From Vicinamibacterales bacterium (lineage in GTDB: Bacteria; Acidobacteriota; Vicinamibacteria; Vicinamibacterales; CAVVIG01): DNA of 64,000 nucleotides. Location of the stretch: positions 48,616 through 112,615 of the forward strand of contig JBFXAT010000003.1 of the NCBI GenBank assembly GCA_050183995.1, in the 5' to 3' direction. The notes beneath the pieces were generated by a model, which worked only from the letters and a program-made list of their open reading frames with translations, was not told the DNA's origin and made no database searches. The position numbers and the translations under genes were made by a program. Positions 25,931-34,009 of this stretch are shown here, in pieces. Numbering within the stretch: the first letter of the stretch is position 1; every line of letters begins with the position of its first letter.

Positions 25931-27160
25931 TCAGGTGCGGTATTCCGCGTTGATGCGGACGTATTCGGCGCTGAAGTCGCAGGTCCAGACGGTGGCCGAT
26001 GCCGTGCCCAGACCGAGATCGACGCCCACCGAGACGTCGGTGTTGCGACCGAGGTAGTTGGCGGCCTCTGGCGCCGCTTCGTCGTGGGGGCGTCCGGCCT
26101 CGAACAGCACGATCGGTCCGATGCTCACGCGGGTTCGATCGAGCGCGAACGCCACGCCCGCACGTCCGGCCACGGCGACGAGCCTGCCCCAGTTGGGGTC
26201 GCCGCCGTGAATCGCGGTCTTGACGAGCGGCGAGTTGCCGATGGCCTTGGCGCATCGTCGCGCGTCATCGATCGACGCCGCGCCCGTCACGTCGACCGTG
26301 ACGAGCTTGGTGGCCCCCTCTCCGCCGCGGACGATGCCGATGGCCAGGGGAAGACAGACCGCCCTGACCGCATCGACGAAGCTCTCGTAGGAGGTTTCAT
26401 CGATCGTGACGCCGCTGGCGCCGTTGGCCAGCAGCATCACGCAGTCGTTGGTGGAGCATTCGCCGTCGACGGTGATGGCGTTGAACGTGTCGTCGACCAC
26501 CTCGCGCAGGGCGCGCTGCAGCAGCGGCCGCGGGACCTCGGCGTCGGTCGTGATGAACCCGAGCATGGTCGCCATCATCGGTTCGATCATGCCCGAGCCC
26601 TTGGCGATGCCCCCGACACAGATCTCGCGCCCGTCGATCGTGGCGCGCGCCGCCGCTTCTTTCGGGAACGGGTCGGTCGTCATGATCGCCCGCGCCGCCG
26701 CGGGTCCCTGGTCGGCGCCGAGCGCGGCGACCGCCGAGGGCAGACCCTCGCGAATGCGGTCCATCTTGAGGTTCACGCCGATGACGCCGGTCGAGGCGAC
26801 CAGCACCTCCTCGACCGGGCATCCCAGGCGAGCGGCTGTCAGCGCGGCCATCTCGCGCGCGTCCGACAGCCCTTCGGCCCCCGTGCACGCGTTCGCGCAG
26901 CCGCTGTTCGCGATGACGGCGCGCGCGCGCCCTTCCGTGGCGGCCAGGTGTTCGCGCGACACCACGACAGGTGCGGCCTGCGCGAGATTCGTCGTGAACA
27001 CCGCCGCCGCGGTGGCCGGCGCATCCGAGACGATCAGCGCCAGGTCCGGCCCGCGGCCGCTGGCCTTGATGCCGACGTGCACGCCGGCGGCGCGGAATCC
27101 GCGCGGAGTGGCCACGCCACCGGTGCAGGTTTCGAGCGTTCGAAGAGCGTTCGTACTCAT
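25931..27160 (-). CDS. argJ: Bifunctional glutamate N-acetyltransferase / amino-acid acetyltransferase
   Basis: Shows PRGFRAAGVHVGIK...ANSGCANACTG...GIAKGSGMIEPMMATMLGFITTDA (autoprocessing T)...GGDPNWGR...INAEYRT. Confidence 0.93.
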   Translation of the reverse strand: MSTNALRTLETCTGGVATPRGFRAAGVHVGIKASGRGPDLALIVSDAPATAAAVFTTNLAQAAPVVVSREHLAATEGRARAVIANSGCANACTGAEGLSDAREMAALTAARLGCPVEEVLVASTGVIGVNLKMDRIREGLPSAVAALGADQGPAAARAIMTTDPFPKEAAARATIDGREICVGGIAKGSGMIEPMMATMLGFITTDAEVPRPLLQRALREVVDDTFNAITVDGECSTNDCVMLLANGASGVTIDETSYESFVDAVRAVCLPLAIGIVRGGEGATKLVTVDVTGAASIDDARRCAKAIGNSPLVKTAIHGGDPNWGRLVAVAGRAGVAFALDRTRVSIGPIVLFEAGRPHDEAAPEAANYLGRNTDVSVGVDLGLGTASATVWTCDFSAEYVRINAEYRT

Positions 27161-27693
27161 ATGTGTCCGGGGACGAGCGGAACGATGCGCGGCGGAGCCT
27201 CGAGCGGAGCCTCGAGCGGAGCCTCGAGCGGAAGCACCATCGCATATTGTCCGCAGGAGCGGAATCGGGCGCACGTCACGCAGTCGTTGTGGATCTTCTC
27301 GGTCAGCCAGAGGTGCGGCACGATCGAGAATCCCATTCGCATGAAATACGCGGGGACGTGGGTGAAGGCGCAGAGCCGATCGAATCCGTCCTGCTGCGCG
27401 CGGACGCGAAGCTGCTCCACGATCTGTCCACCGACCCCGAGGCTTCTCGCCGCTGCGTCGACCGCCAGCGAGCGCACCTCGGCGACCTGGGGACTGAGCG
27501 GCGCCAGTTCCGCGCAGCCGACGATGCGCCGGCCGCGCACGGCCACGACGAATCGATCCGCATGGGCCGCGATGTCGCCGAGCGTCCGTGGGAGCAGGTG
27601 TCCCTCGGCTTCGTTCGCGGCGACGATCGCATGAATCCGCCGGGCGTCCGCGACACCTGCGGAACGCAGGGTGACGACGCGTCCCTTGGTCAC
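27157..27693 (-). CDS. GNAT-family N-acetyltransferase embedded in the arg operon (short N-acetylglutamate-synthase-like)
   Basis: GTG start in a GTGA overlap with the argD stop, with GGAGGAGG upstream. The acetyl-CoA-binding-like segment is ...VAEVRSLAVDAAARSLGVGGQIVE.... The C-terminus reads CVTCARFRSC...LEAPLEAPLEAP. The stop forms an ATGA overlap with the argJ start. Confidence 0.75.
   Translation of the reverse strand: MTKGRVVTLRSAGVADARRIHAIVAANEAEGHLLPRTLGDIAAHADRFVVAVRGRRIVGCAELAPLSPQVAEVRSLAVDAAARSLGVGGQIVEQLRVRAQQDGFDRLCAFTHVPAYFMRMGFSIVPHLWLTEKIHNDCVTCARFRSCGQYAMVLPLEAPLEAPLEAPPRIVPLVPGHI
27194..27229. repeat. Perfect 12-bp x3 tandem repeat inside the GNAT gene 3' end
   Basis: GGAGCCTCGAGC x3 on the plus strand, encoding LEAP-LEAP-LEAP on the minus strand. 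Confidence 0.9.
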
Positions 27694-28910
27694 GCGGCGC
27701 CTCCTCCGGCCTGCGCGGCGAAATCGGCGAGGGCGAGCTCCACCCGCTCGAGCCCCTCGTCGATCTCCGCTTCGGTGATGATGAACGGCGGGAGCAGCCG
27801 CACCACCGTGCCAGCGGTGCGATTGACGACGACACCCCGCGCGAGGCCGGCGGGCACCATGCCCGCGGCGTCGGTCTTCAGCTCGAGGCCGCGCATCACG
27901 CCCGCGCCGCGCACCTCCTTGACGATTGGGTGCCTGGCGGCGATCTCGTTGAGACGGCGCTCCATGTGCGCGCCGACGCGGCCGACGTGAGACAGCAGTC
28001 CGCCGGCAATCAGCTGGTCCACGAAGAACAGCGCGGCGCGGCAGGCGAGGAGATTGCCGCCGTACGTCGTGCCGTGGTCGCCGGCGGCGATGGTGCGCGC
28101 TATCTCGCCGCTCACGAGGGTGGCCCCGATCGGCACGCCGGCCCCCAGCGCCTTGCCGAGCGCCATCAGCTGCGGCTTCAGGCCGATGGCGGCAGAGTAG
28201 AAGGGATACCCGGTGCGCCCGCAGCCCGACTGGATCTCGTCGGCGACGAGGATGGCGCCGGTTCGCGCACACGCCTGATTCACCGCCTCGGCGAACGCCG
28301 GTGTGAGCGGACGGATGCCGCCCTCGCCCTGAATCGGCTCGACGATCACGGCCGCGGTCTTCTGCGTGACCGCCTCTGCGAGGAGATCCGGCCGGTTCGT
28401 CGCGATCCACCTGACGCCGGGAAGCAGCGGCTCGAACGGCGCGCGGTAGTGCTCGTCCGACGTGACCGACAGCGATCCGATCGTGCGTCCGTGGAACGAT
28501 TCCTCGAGCGCGATGATCTCGGGCCGCGTCTGGCCCAGCGTGTGCCAGTAGCGCCGCACGAACTTGAGCGAGGCCTCGATCGCCTCGGTGCCGCTGTTGC
28601 AGAAGAACGCCCGCTCGAGGCCCGACAGCGTCGTCAAACGCTCGGCGAGCTGGCCCTGCAGCGGGTGGAAGAACAGGTTCGAGGTGTGCAGGAGCGTCTG
28701 CGCCTGATCGGTAATCACGCGCGTGAGGCCCTCGTGCGCATGGCCGAGCGCCGTCACGCCGATGCCCGACAGCAGGTCGATGTACTCGCGCCCGTTCGAA
28801 TCGTAGAGGCGGACACCCTTCCCACGGACGAACGTCACCGGCTGGCGGCGGTACGTCTGAAGGACGTGCCGCGATTCCAACGTCTGCGTGTCGTCTGTCA
28901 CCATGGTCAT
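27690..28910 (-). CDS. argD: Acetylornithine aminotransferase
   Basis: Shows VRGKGVRLYDSNGREYIDLLSGIGVTALGH...NSGTEAIE...ADEIQSGCGRTG...LGKALGAG. Confidence 0.92.
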   Translation of the reverse strand: MTMVTDDTQTLESRHVLQTYRRQPVTFVRGKGVRLYDSNGREYIDLLSGIGVTALGHAHEGLTRVITDQAQTLLHTSNLFFHPLQGQLAERLTTLSGLERAFFCNSGTEAIEASLKFVRRYWHTLGQTRPEIIALEESFHGRTIGSLSVTSDEHYRAPFEPLLPGVRWIATNRPDLLAEAVTQKTAAVIVEPIQGEGGIRPLTPAFAEAVNQACARTGAILVADEIQSGCGRTGYPFYSAAIGLKPQLMALGKALGAGVPIGATLVSGEIARTIAAGDHGTTYGGNLLACRAALFFVDQLIAGGLLSHVGRVGAHMERRLNEIAARHPIVKEVRGAGVMRGLELKTDAAGMVPAGLARGVVVNRTAGTVVRLLPPFIITEAEIDEGLERVELALADFAAQAGGGAA

Positions 28911-29001
28911 GATCTGCTCCCGATCGTGCCGGCTGCCGCCGGCGTATCCGTGATCCGCCGAGTGATTCCGGCGGCGCTTCGCATCGAGCCCTCGCGTGAG
29001 A

Positions 29002-29838
29002 CTAGGGGTGCGTGACTGGTGCGGGGACGGGCACCAGTCGGGTCGTCGACGAGCGGGGTGGCGCGGCGACCAGTGCGCGCTCGAGCGAGGCTGCGTCGCG
29101 GCCGTCGACGATGACCACGTCAGCCACGCCGGCGTGGAGCGCGGCCTGACAGGCGCGCAGCTTCGCGACCATCCCTGCCGTCGCCGTGCCGCTGCCGATG
29201 AGGCGCTCGACCTCCTCGGCGCCGATCTCCGGCAGGGTGGCGCCGGCGGCGTCGAGCACTCCCGGTGTCGTGCCGGCGATGACGAGGCGGGCTGCCTGCA
29301 GTCTGGCGGCCAGGTGGCCGGCGAACGTGTCGGCGTTGACGTTGTAGAGCAGGCCGTCGGTGCCCAGGCCGATGCACGCGACGACAGGCACGTATCCCGC
29401 CGCGACCATCGCGTCGACCACGCGAACGTCAGCCGTGGCGATCGGCACGCCAACCCGCCCGAGATCCACGACGCGGCCGTCGACGGTGGTATGGGGCGGG
29501 GCCGGCTCGCACAATCCGCAGCCGCCGTCGGCGCCGGTGAGGCCGACGGCCCGCACGCCCGCTGTCTGCAGCGCGGCCACCAGTCGCGTGTTCACCCGGC
29601 CGGCCAGCACGCCCACCACCACGTCCAGCGTCGAGGCGTCGGTGATGCGCAAGCCGTCGACCTGCCGCTTCTCGATCCCGGCCGCGCGCAGCGCCGCGTC
29701 GATCTCCTTGCCGCCGCCATGGACGATCGCGAGCGGACGGGTCCGCGCTGCCGAGGTGACCGCGCGGACCACCGTTTCGAGATGGGACCGGTCCTCGAGC
29801 AGCTCGCCGCCGAATTTCAACAGGACCGGACGCGTCAC
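29002..29838 (-). CDS. argB: Acetylglutamate kinase
   Basis: VLLKFGGELL...IVHGGG...YNVNADTFAG...GTATAGMVAKL. GTG start in a GTGA overlap with the argC stop. Confidence 0.9.
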   Translation of the reverse strand: MTRPVLLKFGGELLEDRSHLETVVRAVTSAARTRPLAIVHGGGKEIDAALRAAGIEKRQVDGLRITDASTLDVVVGVLAGRVNTRLVAALQTAGVRAVGLTGADGGCGLCEPAPPHTTVDGRVVDLGRVGVPIATADVRVVDAMVAAGYVPVVACIGLGTDGLLYNVNADTFAGHLAARLQAARLVIAGTTPGVLDAAGATLPEIGAEEVERLIGSGTATAGMVAKLRACQAALHAGVADVVIVDGRDAASLERALVAAPPRSSTTRLVPVPAPVTHP

Positions 29839-30872
29839 GGCAGGCCGACCGTTTCCGGAGCGCCGATCATGACGTTCATGTTCTGGACCGCCTGTCCGGA
29901 GGCGCCCTTGAGCAGATTGTCGATCACCGAGACGATCACCATCCGGCCGGACGGATCCACGCGCCAGCCGATGTCGCAGAAGTTCGTGTGCGCGACGTGC
30001 TTGATCTCGGGCAGCGCCGCGCCGGTGAGCCGCACGAACGCCGCCTCGCGATACGCGGCGTCGTACAGGTCGCCAATCGCCTCTTCGGTGGTGCCCGCCG
30101 GCACGCGGACGTAGATCGTCGCGAGGATCCCACGGTCGAGCGGGACCAGGTGCGGCGTGAACGTGACAGGGCCGCCGAGGCCCTGCTCGATCTCCGCCCC
30201 ATGGCGATGGCCGAACACGCCGTAGGCGGAGAGGCTGCCGTGGACCTCGGAAAAATGGGTGCGCTCGGTCGGCGTCTTGCCCGCGCCGGAGACGCCGGAC
30301 TTCGCGTCGATGATCACGTCGGCACCGGCCGACAGCATGCCCGCGTCGGCGAGCGGCTTCAGCGCCAGCAGCGAGGCCGTCGGATAGCAGCCGGGATTGG
30401 CCACGACACGCGCGTCGCGCACGTCGTCGCGCGCGAACTCCGTGAGGCCGTAGGCGAGGCCGTGCGGCCACGCGTGCGTCTCGGGGTACCAGCGGCGGCG
30501 CAGCGTCTCGTCCCGCAGGCGGAACGCGCCCGAGAGGTCGATCACGCGGACGCCCTCGCCGGCGAGCGCCGGCGCCAGTTCGGCGGCGGCGGAGTCGGGC
30601 AGCGCCAGGAACACGATCTCCGCCTCCCGCGCCAGCGCTTCGGGATCGAGCGGCGTGATCGTTCCGGTCCACACGCGCGCCAGAGCCGGCAGCCGGCGGG
30701 CAGCGGAAGAGCCGGACGAGGTCGCCGCGGTGATCGCGACGTGCGGATGGCGGGCGAGGAGACGCAACAATTCCTGGCCCGTGTAGCCGGTGGCTCCAGC
30801 TACGGCGACGCGCACCGGCGCCGCCGCGTCCCCTCGCGTGCGTGCGGCCTCTGCCTCTGAGACTCTATGCAT
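29835..30872 (-). CDS. argC: N-acetyl-gamma-glutamyl-phosphate reductase
   Basis: VAVAGATGYTGQELLRLL...ANPGCYPTA...DAKSGVSGAG...VIDNLLKGASGQAVQNMN. The start is uncertain: ATG 30872 or the downstream GTG before VRVAVAG. Confidence 0.9.
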   Translation of the reverse strand: MHRVSEAEAARTRGDAAAPVRVAVAGATGYTGQELLRLLARHPHVAITAATSSGSSAARRLPALARVWTGTITPLDPEALAREAEIVFLALPDSAAAELAPALAGEGVRVIDLSGAFRLRDETLRRRWYPETHAWPHGLAYGLTEFARDDVRDARVVANPGCYPTASLLALKPLADAGMLSAGADVIIDAKSGVSGAGKTPTERTHFSEVHGSLSAYGVFGHRHGAEIEQGLGGPVTFTPHLVPLDRGILATIYVRVPAGTTEEAIGDLYDAAYREAAFVRLTGAALPEIKHVAHTNFCDIGWRVDPSGRMVIVSVIDNLLKGASGQAVQNMNVMIGAPETVGLP

Positions 30873-30876
30873 GGAA

Positions 30877-30892
30877 AAGAATACTTATACAG
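30877..30892. promoter_or_regulatory. ARG-box-like AT-rich element overlapping the argC -10 region and start
   Basis: AAGAATACTTATACAG contains GAATACTTATAC, which resembles the TGAATAATTATTCA core (11/14 by eye). It is the only AT-rich patch in the argC/argR divergent region. Confidence 0.35.
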
Positions 30893-30912
30893 GACGCCGG
30901 CCGGGTGATCAA
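30884..30912 (-). promoter_or_regulatory. Candidate sigma-70 promoter of the argC operon
   Basis: Minus strand reads TTGATC-N17-TATAAG. The -10 element ends 11 nt before ATG 30872. Confidence 0.4.
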
Positions 30913-31031
30913 CGCCAATCGAAGCGCGCGTGCTCTCTCCGCGGAGCCGCCTCGTGCGTGGGTCTCTCCGCCGCGCGATCGTGTATGCTGGAGCGGCTCT
31001 CGCCGCCTCGAGAAGCGTTGACCCCGACACC

Positions 31032-31484
31032 ATGAAGTCCCGCCGCCAGGACGCCATCCTCGAGATCGTCGATCGCGAGCCGCTGCACAGCCAGGAGCAG
31101 CTGCGGCGACGCCTGCTGCGCGCGGGCTTCGAGGCCACGCAAGCGACCATCTCGCGGGACATCAAGGAGCTCGGACTGTTCAAGCGCGCCGGCGACGGCG
31201 CCTACCAGCGCGCCGGCTCCGTTGGCGCCAGTCCGGAGATGGCGCTCAACGCGCTGTCGCATGCCGCGGCCGAGTTCGTCCGCCGCATCGACCGCGTCCA
31301 GCAGCTCGTCGTCGTGCGGACGGGCGCCGGGCAGGCGCAGGCCCTCGCGCTGGCGATTGACGGTGCGCGGCTGACCGAAGCGGTCGGTACGATCGCCGGC
31401 GACGACACGATCCTGGTGATCGCTCGCGATCCCCGCCGCGCCGCCGCGCTCGCGAAGCGTCTGTCCGCGTTCGCAGGCCTGTGA
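31032..31484 (+). CDS. argR: Arginine repressor
   Basis: MKSRRQDAILEIVDREPLHSQEQLRRRLLRAGFEATQATISRDIKELGL...GTIAGDDTILVI. Confidence 0.92.
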   Translation: MKSRRQDAILEIVDREPLHSQEQLRRRLLRAGFEATQATISRDIKELGLFKRAGDGAYQRAGSVGASPEMALNALSHAAAEFVRRIDRVQQLVVVRTGAGQAQALALAIDGARLTEAVGTIAGDDTILVIARDPRRAAALAKRLSAFAGL

Positions 31485-32485
31485 TGCGGGTTGCGCTCGC
31501 CTACGCCGGGAGGCTCGCCGAGTCGGCTGCGATCCGCAGTCTCGTCGACGATCGCGCAGCCGAGGTCGTCACGGTGACGCTCGACTTCGGACGAGGCCGG
31601 CGGCTCGAGGGTGTGCGCGACCGGGCGCGTGCGCTCGGCGCGCGCCGCGCGCACGTCATCGATCAGCGCGAGCGCTTCGCCGAGCATTTCGTGCTGCCCG
31701 CCCTGGCGGCAGGTGCGCTGGGCGGCGGATCGGCGACGCGACTCCTTGCGCTGGCCGACGCGGCACTCGCCGAACGGCTGATCGAAGTGGCGTCGATCGA
31801 GGAAGTGGACGCCATCGCGCACGCGGGCGACGCATCGTCCCGCCTGCACCGCCTGCTGACCGCGCGGTCCTTGCCGGTGCCGGTCCTTGCGTTGAACCAG
31901 GAGAGCCCTCTCGCCTCCGGTGCGCTCGAGGCGTTTCGCCTCGCCCGGGGCCTGCCCGCGGACGCGCTCGACATCGAGGACCGCTTCGACGTGTGGGCGG
32001 CGGACCGCCGGGACCATGCCGGCGAGCACGCGGATGAGGACCCCTTGCGAGATCCTGGCGAGGCGCACGTCGACATCGCGTTCGCGCGCGGCGTTCCAGC
32101 GGGCTTGAACGGCGTGAGCCTGGCGCCGTACGAGCTCATCACGCATCTCGGAACCGTGGCCTCGCGTCATCGCCTCTCGGCGCCGCAGGTGTTGCATGCC
32201 GCGCAACGCGCCGTGACCGACGCGGTCCTGGACGCGGCTGCGCTCCCCGACGCCGCGCGGATCGCGTCGGCCGTGACGGCGGCGTACGAAGGGATCATTG
32301 ATCGCGGTGATTGGTTCGTCCCGCTGCGGCACGCGCTCGACGCCTTCTGTGCGACCCTGCAGGAGGGTGCGACCGGCACCGTTCGCCTCCGCCTGCAGCA
32401 CGGCACGCATACGACAGTCGACACGCAGCTCGGCGCTGCGCTTTCTCCGGCAGGGAACCCGCTTTCTCCGACAGGGAACCAATGA
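31481..32485 (+). CDS. Argininosuccinate-synthase-like protein with degenerate catalytic motifs (possible pseudoenzyme)
   Basis: Collinear with ArgG but with altered motifs. VALAYAGRLAES replaces AYSGGLDTS, HAGDASSRLHRLL replaces HGATGKGNDQVRFE, and the segment around ENRxVGxKSRxxYE is missing. It is 334 aa versus about 400. The start overlaps the argR stop and the stop overlaps the argH ATG. Confidence 0.7.
   Translation: MMRVALAYAGRLAESAAIRSLVDDRAAEVVTVTLDFGRGRRLEGVRDRARALGARRAHVIDQRERFAEHFVLPALAAGALGGGSATRLLALADAALAERLIEVASIEEVDAIAHAGDASSRLHRLLTARSLPVPVLALNQESPLASGALEAFRLARGLPADALDIEDRFDVWAADRRDHAGEHADEDPLRDPGEAHVDIAFARGVPAGLNGVSLAPYELITHLGTVASRHRLSAPQVLHAAQRAVTDAVLDAAALPDAARIASAVTAAYEGIIDRGDWFVPLRHALDAFCATLQEGATGTVRLRLQHGTHTTVDTQLGAALSPAGNPLSPTGNQ
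32439..32480 (+). repeat. 21-bp tandem duplication (1 mismatch) at the argG-like/argH junction
   Basis: CGCTTTCTCCGGCAGGGAACC / CGCTTTCTCCGACAGGGAACC, encoding LSPAGNP-LSPTGNQ. It ends 1 nt before the argH ATG. Confidence 0.9.
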
Positions 32486-33870
32486 GCACACTCTGGTCAG
32501 GCCGGTTCGATCAGGCGCCCGACGCGGCCGCCTTCGAATGGGGATCTTCTTTCAGCTTCGATCGCCGCCTGTTCGAAGACGATGTGACAGGCAGCCTCGC
32601 GTGGGCCCGCGCGCTCGAGGCCGCCGGTGTCCTGACCACGGAGGATGCGCAGGCCATTCAAGAGGCCCTGCACGCGATTCTCGAGGAAGGACGCACCAAC
32701 CCGGCGTTCGTAGACGGTCCGGACGAGGACGTTCACAGCTTCGTCGAGCGTCAACTGGTGGCGAGGGTGGGCGAGGCGGGCAAGCGCCTTCACACCGGGC
32801 GGTCGCGCAACGAACAGGTCTCGCTCGATCTGCGCTTGTACTTGCGGCGGCGCATCCCGCCGCTGCAGGCCCTGCTCGTGAGCGCGGCGGCCGCCCTGGT
32901 CAGGCAGGCCCAGGCCGCGGGGGACGCGCTGATGCCGTCCTACACGCACTTCAGGCCCGCGCAGCCCGTGCTGGTCGCACACTTCCTGCTCGCGCACGTC
33001 GCGCCGCTGCGCCGCGACGTCGAGCGCCTCTCCCGTGCGCGCGAGGAGGCCGGCGCGCTGCCGCTCGGCTCCGGCGCCATCGCAGGGACGAGCTATCCGG
33101 TCGACACCGGGCGGCTCGCCGGCGATCTCGGGTTCGACCGCGTGGTGCTCAACAGCATCGACGCTTCGTCCGATCGCGACTTCGCCGCGAGCTTCCTGTA
33201 CGCGTGCACCACGGCCATGGTGCACTTGAGCCGGCTCTCCGAAGACCTGATCATCCTGTGCGGTGACGAACACCGCTTCTTCGAGTTCTCGGACGCCCTG
33301 AGCACCGGCAGCAGCATGATGCCGCAGAAGAAGAACCCCGATCCGCTGGAGCTCGTGAGAGGGAAAGCGGGTCGTGTGGTGGGAGGCCTCGTGGCCCTCC
33401 TCACGATCATGAAGGGGCTGCCGAGCGGGTACAACAAGGACCTGCAGGAGGACAAGCACACGGTGTTCGACGCGGAGGACACCCTCACCGGCTGCGCGTC
33501 CGTCGTGGCGTCGGTCGTGGACGGGCTGACGCTCAACCGTGAGCGCGCCGCCGCGGCGGCATCCGGCTTGCTCCTTGCCACTGACGTGGCCGATTATCTG
33601 GTCGGACGTGGCGTGCCCTTCAGGCGAGCGCACGAGGTCGTCGGTGCGCTCGTGCGAAAGCTCATCGCCGAGCAGCGGGAGTTCTCCTCGCTCGGACTCG
33701 ACGAGTGGAGATCGTTCAGCGATCGGTTCGACGCCGATGTCGTCGAGCGCATCACGCCCGCGGCATCCGTTGCAGCCAAAACGACCCCGCAGTCGACCTC
33801 GCCTCACGCCGTGCGCCTGGCACTCGAGGAGGCGCAGCAGTGGCTCGCTCGCATGAAAGTCGAGGCGTGA
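32482..33870 (+). CDS. argH: Argininosuccinate lyase
   Basis: Shows MSTLWSGRFD...HTGRSRNEQV...GSSMMPQKKNPD... Confidence 0.93.
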   Translation: MSTLWSGRFDQAPDAAAFEWGSSFSFDRRLFEDDVTGSLAWARALEAAGVLTTEDAQAIQEALHAILEEGRTNPAFVDGPDEDVHSFVERQLVARVGEAGKRLHTGRSRNEQVSLDLRLYLRRRIPPLQALLVSAAAALVRQAQAAGDALMPSYTHFRPAQPVLVAHFLLAHVAPLRRDVERLSRAREEAGALPLGSGAIAGTSYPVDTGRLAGDLGFDRVVLNSIDASSDRDFAASFLYACTTAMVHLSRLSEDLIILCGDEHRFFEFSDALSTGSSMMPQKKNPDPLELVRGKAGRVVGGLVALLTIMKGLPSGYNKDLQEDKHTVFDAEDTLTGCASVVASVVDGLTLNRERAAAAASGLLLATDVADYLVGRGVPFRRAHEVVGALVRKLIAEQREFSSLGLDEWRSFSDRFDADVVERITPAASVAAKTTPQSTSPHAVRLALEEAQQWLARMKVEA

Positions 33871-33909
33871 TCCTGCGGCTGCCCTCGCGGCAGGGTCAGC
33901 TCGTCGCTA

Positions 33910-33939
33910 TTGCCACCAGAAAAGTAGCTCTGTTAAGAT
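33910..33939 (+). promoter_or_regulatory. Candidate sigma-70 promoter
   Basis: TTGCCA-N18-TAAGAT in a locally AT-richer stretch, about 70 nt upstream of ATG 34010. Confidence 0.45.
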
Positions 33940-34009
33940 TTCACTACCCTTTCGCAACATCTTCCCCCGCCGGCAGAGCAGTTACGAGGATCCGTGTGGA
34001 GTTTTGTTG

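Noticed and set aside
27157-30872. The chain of ATGA/GTGA start-stop overlaps in the arg operon treated as a special feature.
   Set aside because: Such 4-nt overlaps are common translational coupling in GC-rich genomes. The same pattern recurs throughout the window (cta, rfb, gvp, nagA).
33871-33900. A terminator hairpin after argH (CCTGC...GCAGG).
   Set aside because: It is only a 5-bp stem with a large loop and no T-run.
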